From Alloascoidea hylecoeti (Eukaryota), in assembly GCA_001600815.1 (NCBI GenBank), contig BCKZ01000022.1:276982-340981 (forward strand): a stretch of 64,000 nt of DNA, given 5' to 3'. The position numbers were made by a program, and so were the translations under genes. This document shows, piece by piece, positions 36,461 through 49,898 of the stretch. Every line of letters starts with the position of its first letter. Position 1 is the first letter of the stretch. Below the pieces are notes generated by a model. The model was given only the letters and a program-made list of their open reading frames with translations, made no database searches and had not been told where the DNA came from.

Positions 36461-38252
36461 ATGTCTAACTATAAGTTACTTATATCCGATGCCAAGCAAG
36501 ACCCAATGTTCAAAATGGATTACGCACCAAGTCCCAGTAAACCACCTTCTGAAGTTCTCGACGATGAATCCGAGGAGGGGAGCAACACCCCCTATAGTGA
36601 AAAAACTCTAGTTTCGGACGATCCTCTTAGCAATATCAGAGAAGTTTCTAAAAATGGCAGTTATGATGCTGCATTATCGATTACTGTTCCATCTATTATA
36701 AACAGAAATAGAAGAGCATCACTAGGAACATCATTAATGAGAACAATTATTGATTCACAACAATTACAATCAAATGGTCCTGAATCTCTTTATAGAAAAT
36801 CTATGGAGTTACAATCTCATTTAGATTCAAGATCTATTTCTAAAACTGACTTATCAAATGTGGTTTGCGGAGTTCGTGAATTGGAGAAGAAACTTAGTAC
36901 GTTTTTATGTAAATCTTCGATATTGCATGACTCTTTACATGATATACTAACTTTTTATTTTATTTTTATAGATAAGGTGTTTATTAATATGACGATAACA
37001 AATATAATGTTAGTTGTTAAAATACAAGCTGCAGAGCCTATTGAATTATCTCATAAGGTTGCTGAATATTTACTATCACAAAAGAAAGAAAAAATAACAG
37101 TGTATGTTAAACGTTGTTCTATTTTACTATATATCAAAAACATACCAAATTTTAACTAACGGCTAATCTTTCTTCTAGTTATATTCAAGATAAAATACGA
37201 TACATTGAATGCTTTGAATATGAAAAATTAATTTCAAAAGATCCTTCTTATGAACCACGAATTAAGTTTTGGAGAGCAGATTTATGTACTTATTCCCCAG
37301 ATATATTTGATTTAGTTATAACTATTGGTGGAGATGGAACAGTATTATTTGCAAGTTGGATATTTCAAAATATTGTACCTCCAATGTTATGCTTAGGTCA
37401 AGGTAGTCTTGGATTTTTAACTGAATTTAAAGGTGAAGATTACAAAGAAGCTATTGATAAAGTATTATCAAGAGGATGTCAATGTACATTAAGAATGAGA
37501 TTTGATTGTACTGTTTATCGATGTATTCCTAAAGATGGGGATAAATTGGATAGAGATTTAAATGAAGAGATACGTGCTGGTGAAGATGCTGCTGGAAATT
37601 TCAAAACACATGAAAAACTTGAGACAAATGTCATATTTAATGATCTTGTTATTGTAAGTGTGATATGAGGGGAAATTTATTAATTATTGCTATTATTATT
37701 ATTATTATTATTCTAACATTAATCATATTTAGGATCGTGGACCCAATCCTTCAATGACTATAACTGAATTATATGGAGATTTTGATCATTTAACAACGAT
37801 AGAAGCTGATGGTGTAGTCATTGCAACACCAAGTGGATCAACTGCTTACTCCTTATCAGCAGGTGGTTCTTTAGTTCATCCAACGATACCTGGTATATTA
37901 GTTTCTCCGATATGTAAGTAAATCTTCTTTATGATAAAGATAATGAGGATTAAAGTTAATTAAAATTGTTGATATAGGCCCCCACACTTTATCCTTTCGA
38001 CCTTTAGTTATACCTGATACAGTAACAGTTAGAGTTGGTGTTCCATATGATGCAAGATCAACAGTTTGGTGTGGATTTGATGGGAAAAATCGAGTTGAAT
38101 TAAATATTGGTGATTTTGTTACAATTTCTGCTTCAAGATATCCTGTGCCAACTGTTACATCATCTGGTTCAAATACATATTGGTTTAAAGGATTAAGTAA
38201 TACATTACATTGGAATGAAAGAAAAAGACAAAAACCTTTACATCGTTTTTAG
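36461..38252 (+). CDS. NAD(H) kinase; exons 36461-36896, 36972-37101, 37179-37653, 37733-37913, 37978-38252
   Basis: [72 protein letters not shown]. Four GT-AG introns restore one frame. The start could be a downstream ATG. Confidence 0.92.
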
Positions 38253-39341
38253 AGCGCTTTACATTCTAGATCTAGAGATATCGATATAGCTATAGATTTT
38301 GATTCTGATTTTGTTATGAATTAATGATGTTTTTATATATTTATTTATGAATGTTTTTTATTATATTTATCGCACTTACTATTAAGCGTTATTTTTCGGC
38401 CTATGCATAGCCAATTTGAAGGAGTACCGCGCGAAACCAGACCGAAACCGAAACCGAAACCTCTATCATCATATACACGTGATGTGTATAACTAGCATAT
38501 TATTACATAATCAGACACCAAAACCAAAATTAAACTATGTGCAAACACCATAACATTATGGTGTTGGGCGAATTATTGATCAAAAAACACGCTGAAGTTG
38601 GTTGAGGAACATGAATATTTGGTATGACATCTCACGAAATCTCATCCCTTTGGGACTGTGTTTGATTATCAGATTCTTTATTTTTTCTGATAAACATTTC
38701 GGTCACGATACATACATCTTAGAAATAAAAAATATGAAAAAAAAAGAGCAATTTAATTTTTCTCCGTTTATATGGATGATGTTTTCGTACTAATTCAAGG
38801 AATATCAATTTCAACCCCATTGTCTGTTTCTTTTCTTTGCAAAAATCAAAAGTCTATACTTTTTTTGAAGAATACTCAAATACGTGTGTCAAGTGAAAGT
38901 CTCGCCAGATAAAACCGAAACCTTTAAATGTAGGTTAGTAAAGGTTTTCTGCAACATGTAGGAGAACATTTTATTGAGACTTTTGCTCCAGTATATAGTA
39001 GCACCTTTCGATTTGTATTAGCATATTGTTCTGTTATGAATCAACCAGACGCTAAAACAGCGTTCTTGAATGGAATGGTGGAGTTTCCTACGTATTAAAA
39101 CATGTCAGAAAATTGGGGTTAAAATATCTATGGATTTTTTTTTATCTTGATTTTTATTTCATTATATATTACGGGGTTTCCACTAAGGCCATAGATTTCG
39201 GTAGTGGTTTCGTTGAGATTTTCAAAAATTTCCCCCGAACGAATGTATAGTTGTTAATGGGTTTATGCCAAACATCTAACCTTCTTTACAGCAGATTTCA
39301 TTTAAACCATTTTCTCTTTGGACTTCAAGTGGAAAAGAATC

Positions 39342-42300
39342 ATGACAGACTTAGATGTCAAAGAATTAATAGACTCTTTTCTTGATTTAAAAGTTGATGA
39401 TATACCCAATTTAACTTCAGAAACTTCAACGAATTGGAAATTACCAGAGAAAACAGAAGATGTTTTAAAAAAAGAAGTAACTGAAAAGTTTCTATTACCC
39501 CCCTCTTCATTATCATGGTCTTTACTTGATCAACTACAAGAGTATGTAATTATTTCATATTATGAATATACCTTCTTTTAATTAATTAACGAAAATTGTA
39601 GGATTCCATCATTAGATAAATCTCAATTTTTAGATCAATTAATTGCAATACCAAAACCTTTAGAATGCAATTCATTAAAATTTGATAGAATTGGATTAGA
39701 TGGTGATATTGATGGTTATGAAGAAGTTAATGATTATTCTTCTTTTACAAATAATTTAGATTCTTCAAATTCTTGGTCGTTGAATAGACAAGTTGGACCA
39801 AGAGTTGATTTAGTTAAAGGTAGATCTGGTTTTTTACCTTTTAAACCTGGTGGATTAGAATTATCAGATAGAAGTGATAAATTTTTACTTCATAGAGATG
39901 AAAATGGATTATTTGATATACCACCTGGTCTATCAAGAGGGATGAATATAAATATTAAAATAAATGATTCTATTGAAGGTGTTGAAGAATTAGATCAACA
40001 AGATGATAAAGAAGATGATGAGGATGAAGAAGAAGAAGAAGAATCACCCCCTCCAATTGAAGAAATACCTGTCATTGGGTCTAAGTTTTCTACAAAAGCG
40101 ATCCCTAAAAAGTATGAATATAATATTGATGATATTTTACCAGTTGATATAGCTTTTGGTAGACCAAATTCATCAGGTGTTAAAACTACAGGAAATGTTG
40201 GAGAAGTTATAAAAACTCAAAAAAGAGATTGGGCACATGTTGTTGATTTAAATCATAAACTTGAAAATTTTAATGAATTGGTTCCAAATATGGCAAGAAC
40301 ATGGCCTTTTGAATTAGATACTTTTCAACAAGAAGCTGTTTATCATTTAGAACAAGGTGATTCAGTTTTTGTTGCTGCTCATACATCAGCTGGTAAAACA
40401 GTTGTTGCTGAATATGCAATTGCAATGGCATCTCGTAATATGACAAAAGCAATCTATACATCACCAATTAAAGCATTAAGTAATCAAAAATTTAGAGATT
40501 TTAAACAAGATTTTAAAGAAGTTGATGTTGGTTTAATTACTGGTGATGTTCAAATTAATCCAGAAGCAAATTGTTTAATTATGACAACTGAAATTTTAAG
40601 AAGTATGTTATATCGTGGTGCTGATTTAATACGAGATGTTGAATTTGTTATATTTGATGAAGTTCATTATGTTAATGATATTGATAGGGGTGTTGTTTGG
40701 GAAGAAGTTATTATTATGTTACCTGATCATGTTAAATTTATTTTATTATCTGCTACTGTTCCAAATACATTTGAATTTGCAAATTGGGTTGGAAGAACTA
40801 AACATAAAGATATTTATGTTATTTCAACTCCTAAAAGACCAGTTCCTTTAGAATATTTTATATGGGCAAAGAAGGATATTTTTAAATTTGTTGATCAAAA
40901 TAGAAATTTTTTGGATGATGGTTATAAGAAACATAAAAATATTTTAGAACCTCCTGTGAAACCGGAAGATAAAGAAAATGCAGCGAATAGAGGTAGAGGT
41001 GGTGGTAGGGGTGGTAGGGGTGGAAGAGGTGATCTAAGAGGAGGTCGTGGAGGTGTAAGAGGTGGTGCTCGCGGTGGTGCACGAGGTCGTGGAGGAGGAA
41101 GTGCTGCTGGAAAACGAATGGGTAGAGATGGTCCTAATAAAAATACATGGTTACATCTTGTTCAATATATGAATAAAAATGAACTTTTACCTGCTGTTAT
41201 TTTTGTGTTTTCTAAAAAAAGATGTGAAGAATATGCAAACACAATTAAGAGTGTTGATTTCTGTAACGCAAAGGAAAAAGCCCAAATTCATATGTTTATA
41301 GATAAAGCAGTTACAAGACTAAAAAAAGAAGATCGAACACTACCTCAAATTATGTCAGTTAGAGATATGTTGAGCAGAGGAATTGCTATTCATCATGGTG
41401 GTTTATTACCAATTGTTAAAGAAGTTATTGAAATCTTATTTTCAAAAACTTTAATTAAAGTACTTTTTGCAACTGAAACTTTTGCAATGGGACTTAATTT
41501 ACCAACAAGAACAGTTGTTTTTAGTGAAATTAGAAAACATGATGGAAGAGGTTTTAGAGATTTACTACCCGGTGAATTTACTCAAATGGCTGGACGTGCT
41601 GGACGTCGTGGTTTAGATGATGTTGGAACAGTTATTATTATGTCTTTTAATCAACCATTACAAGAACAAAATTTAAAATCTGTTACTTTAGGAACTCCAA
41701 CTAAACTTCAATCACAATTTAGATTAACTTATAATATGATTTTAAATTTATTAAGAATTGAAGCATTAAGAGTTGAAGAAATGATAAAACGTTCATTTAG
41801 TGAAAATTCAAGTCAAATTTTATTACCAGAACATGAAGATAATGTTAAATTAAATGAAGATTTATTAAAAAATGTTAATAGAGATTCATGTCCAAATTGT
41901 GATGATGATCTTGAAATGGTTCATGATAATATGATTGAAATTGAAGAAATGAATAAAATGTTTGTTGCAGAAGCAGTTACAAGTCCAATTGGTAGACGTC
42001 TATTCCCTAAAGGTCGCCTTATAATATTTAGAGGAAAAAATGGGAATAAAGATTATGGATTTATTTTAAGAACTAATCATCAAAGGAAATCATTTTATGT
42101 TTTAGCAGGAAATGAAAGACCAAAGAAAAAATCAAAATCAAAGAAGAATAAACCTGAACCAAAGGAAAATGATATACCTTTTATTCCTGAAGTTTTTAAG
42201 AGAAACAAAAAAATAATTCCTCATTTTAAAACAGCTGGGAAATTTTATCCAGAATTAGTACCCTTTACAGATATACTTTTTGTTACAAATTTTAAAACAT

Positions 42301-43199
42301 ATACAAACGTTGACAAAATTTTTGATAATGATCCAGATGCTATACAAGAAGCAAGCAATCTTCTAACTTCTTTTATTAAACGTATTGATAGCTTTAAAGA
42401 GGTGAATTGGTCGACTATGAAATTGGTTTCTTTTGTTGATATACTAGCTAGGAAGGAACTTCTAACTCAACAGATTTTGGGTAGTAAATCAATTTCTTGT
42501 GATAATTTTGTTGAACATTTTAGCCAAGTACATGAACGGTATAAAATTAAGAAGAATATTGAGAATTTAAAAGGTCTAATTTCTGATCAAAATCTTGAAT
42601 TACTTCCAGATTATGAACAAAGATTAGAAGTTTTAAAAGATCTTGGTTTTATTGATAATAAATTAAATGTTTTGTTGAAAGGAAGAGTAGCTTGTGAAAT
42701 AAATTCTGGATGGGAATTAGCTATAACAGAACTTGTTTTAGATAATTTTTTGGGTGATTTTGAACCTGAAGAAATTGTTGCTCTTTTATCAGCATTTGTC
42801 TATGAAGGAAGAACTAATGATGAAGAACCAGCAGTAACTCCAAGACTTGATAAAGCACAGAAAAAAATCAAAGATATTATTGGAGGTCTTTTAAATGTTT
42901 ATCAAGAACATCAAATTCCTTTAACTTCAGATGAAGCAGAATTTCTTGATCGTAAAAGATTTGCATTAGTTAATACTGTTTATGAATGGGCAAGAGGTCG
43001 TACATTTAAAGAAATTATGGAAATTAGTCCTGAACCTGAAGGAACAATCGTTAGGGTTATAACAAGACTTGATGAAATTTGTAGAGAAGTTAAAACAGCT
43101 GCCCTTATTATTGGTGATTCAGCACTTCATAGTAAAATGAGTGAAGCACAAGAAAAAATTAAAAGAGATATTGTTTTTTGTGCAAGTTTATATTTATAA
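39342..43199 (+). CDS. SKI2: Ski2 RNA helicase; exons 39342-39541, 39602-43199
   Basis: AHTSAGKT, DEVH, SAT, QMAGRAGRRG, RG-rich insert, C-terminal IKRDIVFCASLYL; 60-nt intron GTATGT...TTAAC...TAG in frame. Confidence 0.96.
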
Positions 43200-43696
43200 A
43201 TATATAAAATTTTTTATATATTAAATATTAATAAGGAAATAAAGAAATACATAATTTTTTTTTTTTTAAAAATAAAAATATAAATATAATTAAACAACTT
43301 TGACTTGTTTGCGAGGAACTACAGTTGGTCTTGATTGATTGATTATAAGAATATAGAAGTACCAAAAACTCTGGATTCCATAAAAGAGGAAGTAGAAATT
43401 GTATTTTTATTTGGGAGCTTGTCTGTTCTGTAGTTATGTAAAAGAGTTATAACAAAGATATTGCAGGAGTTGAAAAACTTTATTACACCGTAATAAGAAT
43501 AGCTATCTTTGTTTTTAATGGAGGGTAGATTTTTAACAACTTTTAACATACAACACCAGTACCATTGGAATCATATATTTTGAATTTAATAAACAAATGT
43601 TTTGAACCGGTAGTAGAGTACCAGACTACCAGTAGTTTCTGTATATATTTTAACCACATTGTTCAGATTTCATCTTTTCAATTTCCAACACGAATG

Positions 43697-44443
43697 TCAA
43701 TTCACGGCAGATGTTTCATTTAATGGTTCTAATTGTTGGTTTGCACTACAATTTTTGTTCTCATTCTCTTTCCTTTTCCCTGATGAGCCTGATCCTTTCG
43801 TTCTTCCTCTTTTTCTCTTCCCCGCACTACCTTCTGTTCCATCGTTCGCTTGATTTTGCCTCTTGAGAAGCTTAACCGCGTCCTCGTATTCCTTGTTCTT
43901 CTCTATGAACAGATGCAAAGCTTTGTCTCTCTCTTCGAGAAGCCTATTTATCTTTTCCTTCTGCTTTGCATCCATAGGACATAGATTATACTTCTGAAGG
44001 AGTGGATAGCGCTTAATGAATCCTGTTACCCAACCACGAGACACAAGATTTTCCGTGGAACTCTTGGAAATGTCTCCTGAACTTAGTCTTTCCCTGATTA
44101 TGTTACTAGCCAGGTTCTGTATATTCGATATTGTAAACAACGACCCTTTCATAGAGTGTTTCGTGATATAAGAAGAAAGAATATCTTCCTCTGAAAGGGT
44201 TAGAGACATTCGCGATGATTGTGCTTCCACTCTGGTTTTTGAATCTTTATAAAAATAGGTTGACAATGAATTTCTATGTATTCCAAACTTTTTCGCCACT
44301 TCAACAAGCGATGACTCGTTATCACGATAGTGTTCATAAGCTTTAAAGAGCAACAATTCATGTTCAAGATTTGTAGTGTGCATCCTAGGACCTGTACGAA
44401 CTATTAATGTTCGCTGAGACTTACGACCTTTTCTATTTGTCAT
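43697..44443 (-). CDS. CENP-B/pogo-type double-HTH DNA-binding protein lacking DDE domain
   Basis: psq-like HTH (SLVEVAKKFGIHRNSLS), Tc5/CENP-B HTH (LTLSEEDILSSYI...VSRGWVTGFIKRYP), coiled coil, AT-hook-like KRKRGRTKGS. Confidence 0.75.
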   Translation of the reverse strand: MTNRKGRKSQRTLIVRTGPRMHTTNLEHELLLFKAYEHYRDNESSLVEVAKKFGIHRNSLSTYFYKDSKTRVEAQSSRMSLTLSEEDILSSYITKHSMKGSLFTISNIQNLASNIIRERLSSGDISKSSTENLVSRGWVTGFIKRYPLLQKYNLCPMDAKQKEKINRLLEERDKALHLFIEKNKEYEDAVKLLKRQNQANDGTEGSAGKRKRGRTKGSGSSGKRKENENKNCSANQQLEPLNETSAVN

Positions 44444-45377
44444 TGCAACGATGTTTGAATAAGAAATAAAAAATAAGTTTTGAAAAGTTCTGAATCTGGT
44501 TCTTAAACGATGTTGCAGGGAGATCTTCCAGGATGTGAATCAAATACCAAATGGAGTGCTGGAGAAGGTTTATCTGATAAGTTCTTTAATATTAACTATA
44601 TATCTGTCAGCTGTATGTCCTAAACTCTATTTGAGAACCTCTTTTAACAGCTTCTTCTCGCCTGATTGTTTTCCGTGTTCACTGTTCACTTCTCTGGAGT
44701 CTGGGTCTAATGAGTCTGGTGGAGATTTCGGCTAATCAATGGTCGTGACCCGAAATACCGTTCCAGGATATTCCACAGTGGCTTGCACAAAAGGTGGTCT
44801 GTTTGGTTCACTACTGCTCTAGATCTACAATCAAGCAAATTTGACTCTTTTGCGAGGAACCCCCCAATGTCTCGGATCTGAAAGCAATGTCAAAATTCAT
44901 GTAACATGATCTCTGTCTGATGTATGATGATGGCAATATCTGTATGGCTAGGGTTTTAAAAGATTCAGGAAAGGAGGAATATATACCATATTTACAATTC
45001 AATGAATCTTACATTGAGCATGAGAAATTCTGAGAAAAAAAAAATATTCTCCGGTTGGGGGACAACATTTGCAAGCAAAGATAGAAGGGCAAGGAGGAAA
45101 TGTAATCTCAAGAGTGTTTGTTGAAGATGTTGGAAATCTGAATATCCGCTCTAATAAGCATACTCCTAGCAACTTATAACTATGATGTAAAAAAATATCA
45201 GAAGAATTTATTAGGATAAGTAGTTTACATAAAAATTCAGAATATCTAGGGAATCCATATTGTTTCACTAAAAACTTGTTTTTGAGGGAAGACAAAAAGC
45301 CAAATTGGCCGTACGCACAAGCACGTGCCACACTTGAACTTTTTAACGTCCAGCTTTGAATCAACAGTACCGTCCAA

Positions 45378-45746
45378 ATGTCAAGAGTAGTAGGCAAAAG
45401 TGCAATTGCTCTGGCAATCGTTGCTAACATCTATATTGGTGAGTCTTTTTATTATACTTAGATACATTCAACTATATATTTTACTAATATTTACAAACAG
45501 CTGCAAATTATCTCCAACCGTTGATTGTGTAAGTTTCAAATATTACCAATAAAATCCAAATAAAACCCTCTAATCTTTAATGATACTATAATTAGGGAGG
45601 GTTTGGAAAAACAAGGTACTTTAAGAGCTGATGTTAAGGAAGAAAGAGACAGACAACGAAAACTTGAATTCGAAGAACAAAACTTGAAAGATATATCATC
45701 AGCCCCATCTTTAGATTCACCAAAAACGGTTCCTGACAGTAAATGA
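45378..45746 (+). CDS. ECM19: 79-aa single-pass microprotein, Ecm19-like; exons 45378-45438, 45501-45528, 45596-45746
   Basis: Introns GTGAGT...TACTAAT...CAG and GTAAGT...CTAAT...TAG. Spliced product MSRVVGKSAIALAIVANIYIAANYLQPLIVEGLEKQGTLRADVKEE... The QPLIVE.L.K.G.LR.D motif resembles yeast Ecm19 as I recall it. Confidence 0.75.
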
Positions 45747-45997
45747 ACATGTTTTTATAGTTATAATATCATTTATGATAGTTTGATAGTTGAGGATTTA
45801 CTATCACTGCTAGAGGATTTTATACACACCAATGTCTTTTATTATCGACACTTCTTTTATTATTAGTAGGTTACTGGAATATTATGTAATCTATATGACC
45901 GAGAAGTAGTGGACCGAGATGTTTAATCATATCACGTGCCAATACCCGATTTTGAACCTTATGATTTGCTCCACTAAAAAAATGATTGATACCTCAG

Positions 45998-46405
45998 ATG
46001 GCTCCTAAATTTTCAAGAACTACGATTACCACTGCGGTTGTCCTAGTAAATATTATTAATCTATATATCGGTGAGTTTCCAATAAGAATACTTCTTAAAA
46101 TTGTTTTATATTAACGTAAACATTAGTTGGATTTTATGCTGTTCCTATGATTAAGTAAGTTTCAAGCCCTAAGAATTATCATATATGTTCAATTATAATT
46201 CAATTAAATCCTCTAATATATGATATGATTTAGGAATGGATTAGAGAAACAACGAGCTAAAGAAGCCAATACTAAAGAGGTTAATGAAGTTTCAATAGTT
46301 AAAGAAGTCAATGATATTAAAGAAAATTTGGGAAGACGGAAACTTGAGGAACAAAACTGGAAAGCAATTGCAGCTGCATCTTTAGATAAAAGAGATAATA
46401 AATGA
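45998..46405 (+). CDS. 90-aa tandem paralog of the Ecm19-like microprotein; exons 45998-46070, 46127-46154, 46234-46405
   Basis: Same intron phases, same donors and same 28-nt middle exon as the upstream gene. Product MAPKFSRTTITTAVVLVNIINLYIVGFYAVPMIKNGLEKQRAKE...RKLEEQNWK...SLD. Confidence 0.75.
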
Positions 46406-46669
46406 ATAAGCAAGTATAAATATCATGAGAAACTTTTTAATGTTTAACTGATCAGAAAGTTTTTTGTGATTTTATATACCAATCCACCCTGCATACTTTC
46501 GTTGAAACAGATAACGAAATGTCCTAATAGATTTAGAATAAATATCATCTATAATATAACAACCCTACTTAATGATCACAACTAACAAGCTGTATTATTA
46601 TGTATTGAAATGTGTGTATTTAATACAAACACTGGACTTTTTTAGATTATTTTAGGTAAATAATGAAGA

Positions 46670-46704
46670 TCACGTGTTACCGAATTTCATTGAAAAAAAA
46701 ATTT
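46670..46704 (+). promoter_or_regulatory. E-box (TCACGTG) and RRPE-like element upstream of SYO1
   Basis: TCACGTG at 46670; TGAAAAAAAAATTT at 46691. Confidence 0.5.
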
Positions 46705-46768
46705 AAGTGAAGGAAAGAATTTACCAAATTTTATCTTCCTTAAAATTTGAATAACAGAAAATACAAAA

Positions 46769-47194
46769 ATGGGTAAAGTTAAGAAAAGATCACGAAATTC
46801 AAAACGAAGAATAAATCCAACTTCCAGACCATATAATCAAAATCAAGATAAAGATGAACAAACAAGACAATCAAAAATTTTACCATTAATTGAAAAATTA
46901 TCATCACCAATACCAAATGATAGATCAGTTTCATTAAATGCAATAACAGCAATGTGTGAAAATTCTAAATTACGTGAAATGTTATTAAAAGAAAAATTAG
47001 TTAAAATTTTATTAGATCAAATGATTACTGATTCAAATCATGAATGTGTTGTTGAAGCTTTTGGATTATTAAGAAATTTAACATTAGATGAAGGTTATGA
47101 TGTTTCAATTTATTTATTAAGACAAGGGATTTTAATTAATATTTCAAATTCAATTGATCAAATTATAAAAAGTTTTGAAGTATTAGCTTCTGGT

Positions 47195-47228
<34 letters not shown>

Positions 47229-48838
47229 GAAATGGGAATGATATTGATATTGATATACCAATTGAAAATGCTTTTAGTACACTTACTAAAAAATCAGATC
47301 AAACTTTATTATTTGATTATGCTGAAAATATTATATCATTAGTTATAACATTATCAAATTCAGTTGAAAATCCATTTTTAGATATATTAAAAAAATTACC
47401 AAAATTTCAACAATTTTTAATTGATATTTATAATTGGGGAATACCAATAAATTCAAATGAATCATTAAAAATTCCACAATCATTAATTTCTGGAATTTTA
47501 GAAGCATTTTATATAATGACTGAATTATTTGAATATAGAAAAAATTTAAATCAATCAAAATATGATTTAAATTTTATTAATGAAAAAATTTTTAAAACAT
47601 TACCACAATATTTATCAAATTTATCAAAAGTTTATATTCAAGGAATTCAATTTAATTTATATTTTTTGGATAATAAAAATAAAAATAAAAATAAGAATAA
47701 GAGTAAGAATAAAAATATAAATCAATTAAACCAAAATGAATTAGATTTAAAAGAAATTTCAATTTTAAAAGAATTATCAATTTTAATTAAATTAATTGAT
47801 ATTAATAAAACAAAATCAATTTTAAATCCAGATATTAAAGATTCAATTGAATCTATTGATGATTCAATTGTTAGGAAAACAGCAATATCAAATTTAAATT
47901 CAATTGAAGAATCGTTAGAATTAATAACTGCAATAATTCAAAAAATTGCAGTTAGTGATTCATTTACAATTCCTGAAGAATTAGAAAGTATTGAAACAGA
48001 AGTTACAACTATGGAAGAAGATTTAGAAATGAAAGATCAAGAAATTGAAGAACAGAAAGATTTTGAAAATCAAGAAGATGAATCTCAAGTTATTTCTGTT
48101 TCAACTAATGTTTCTCAATTTATTTTAGAAACTTTAATGCCAATAGTTGTATCATTATTACAACATGAAGATTTACTATTATCAAGAACTTTAATTTGTT
48201 TAAATAATTTAACATGGCTTTTCACAACTTCATCATCAAATAATTCATTATGGAAACAAGCATCAAGAGAATTATGGCCATTAATTATAAATACAATGAA
48301 TAATATGAATGAAAATAGTGATGATGATATTATAACTGGTACATTTGGTGTTTTATGGGCATTAGCGAAAACATTAAAAGGTGATGTTCCCATAAATGAA
48401 GAATTTGTAAAAGGTATTATTAAATTATCAGAAGTTTGTAATTTAAGAGATAATATTGAAAAAGAAGAAAAAGAAGAAATTTTTATTAGATCAATTGGAT
48501 TACTTGGATCATTAGCTTTAAAACAAGGACAAATTCACATAACACAAATTATTGGAGATTATTTTTTCAATTTACTTGACAATTTATCAATTGAATCAGT
48601 TTTAATAATAATTGAAATTTTAAATAATATTTTTGATATTTTTGGTGATAAAAATTTTGATTATGATAAACCAGTTTTTATTGAAAATAATTATCTGGAG
48701 AGATTAAAATCAATTCAATTAAAAGTTAAAACATGTGTTAGAAAAATTGATAAAAGAAAATATCCTGATTTAAGATCAAGAGGAAATGAAGCTGCTTATA
48801 ATCTTTCAAGATTTATTGAATATAAAGAACATGAATAA
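46769..48838 (+). CDS. SYO1: Symportin Syo1 (Rpl5/Rpl11 import adaptor)
   Basis: N-terminal basic NLS MGKVKKRSR..R.NP; KILPLIEKL; EAFGLLRNL..DEGYDV; C-terminal DIFGD..FDYDKPVF, KIDKRK and NLSRFIEYK. Confidence 0.9.
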
Positions 48839-49100
48839 AATATGATATTGACATTTTGTATTTAACATTTATAGTATGCAATAATTAGATATCAATAGTG
48901 AAACAGATAAAATCATCAATATAGATGTACCGTATATGTCATTAATATAGAAAAGTTATAACATGCCAAAAAATGTGTATAAATTTAATTGCTATAGCTG
49001 TTATTACATCACCTGACAATTCTCTAGATCTACGTATACTTAACAATAATCATTAATTAAACAACATACTAATATTGAAAGAAAAGCAGATATATATTTT

Positions 49101-49701
49101 TTATAGAGTAGAAGTATATCTTTTAGCTTGTTGTAGAACTTTTTTCTCATACATTTGTCTATTTTTTTGAAAAGCTTGATAAGCATCAGTTTGAGCAGGT
49201 GAATTTGGATTTGGATCATTTAATAATTCTTGAATACCTAAAAGTATACTTTTAAGAGTAATAGCAGGACTCCAATCTTCACTTTCATTTAAAATACTAA
49301 GACAAATTGTACCAGAAGGATAGACATTTGGATGGTAAAAACCAGCAGGAAGTTGACATTTTGGAGGTTTTGTAGGATAATCTATATCTTCATGTTAGTA
49401 AATTCAAACTGTAAAGTGGCATAAACCAAACAATTAATATTACATACCTTGCGTGAAGTAGATTGTAACAGGATATATGCCACCATCCCAAAGAGTGCCA
49501 GCTTTTCCTGGAATACCAGCATCCCAAGTCATTAGATCCAAACTTCCATTGGATTTCCGAGGTTTAGCAAAGAACCCAAAAGGATGATCTTTGCGCCATT
49601 GCTTTCTAGAGATGTGAAATGTTAGATTAACAATAATATAGTGATAAAATGAAGTTTACGTACCTTTCTTCCTGAAGACGATTTTGGCAGAGCGAAGACA
49701 T
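49101..49701 (-). CDS. UBC9: SUMO-conjugating enzyme Ubc9; exons 49701-49664, 49605-49448, 49381-49101 (absent from ORF track)
   Basis: [24 protein letters not shown]...DYPTKPPKC...[15 protein letters not shown]...PNPNSPAQ; two canonical introns. Confidence 0.96.
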
Positions 49702-49898
49702 TTTGTGTTGTTTTTCTCCTATCTCAAACAAATTTGGAGGTTTCCCATTTCCATGCAAACGAAGGTTGTGTCGTTTATGCCGGTTATGTCATAGTAGTGC
49801 CTTAATATACGCAGACAGGCTGAGTATTACGCTGAGAAATTTTGATAACCAAACCTCATCCACTACGGACATTTCAAGATCACGAACATTCAACTGAA

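Noticed and set aside
40988..41100. RGG-rich insert in Ski2 as a novelty
   Set aside because: An RG-rich insertion is a known feature of fungal Ski2.
44999..45430. 143-aa minus-strand ORF
   Set aside because: Overlaps exon 1 and the promoter of the better-supported ECM19-like gene; no recognisable motifs.
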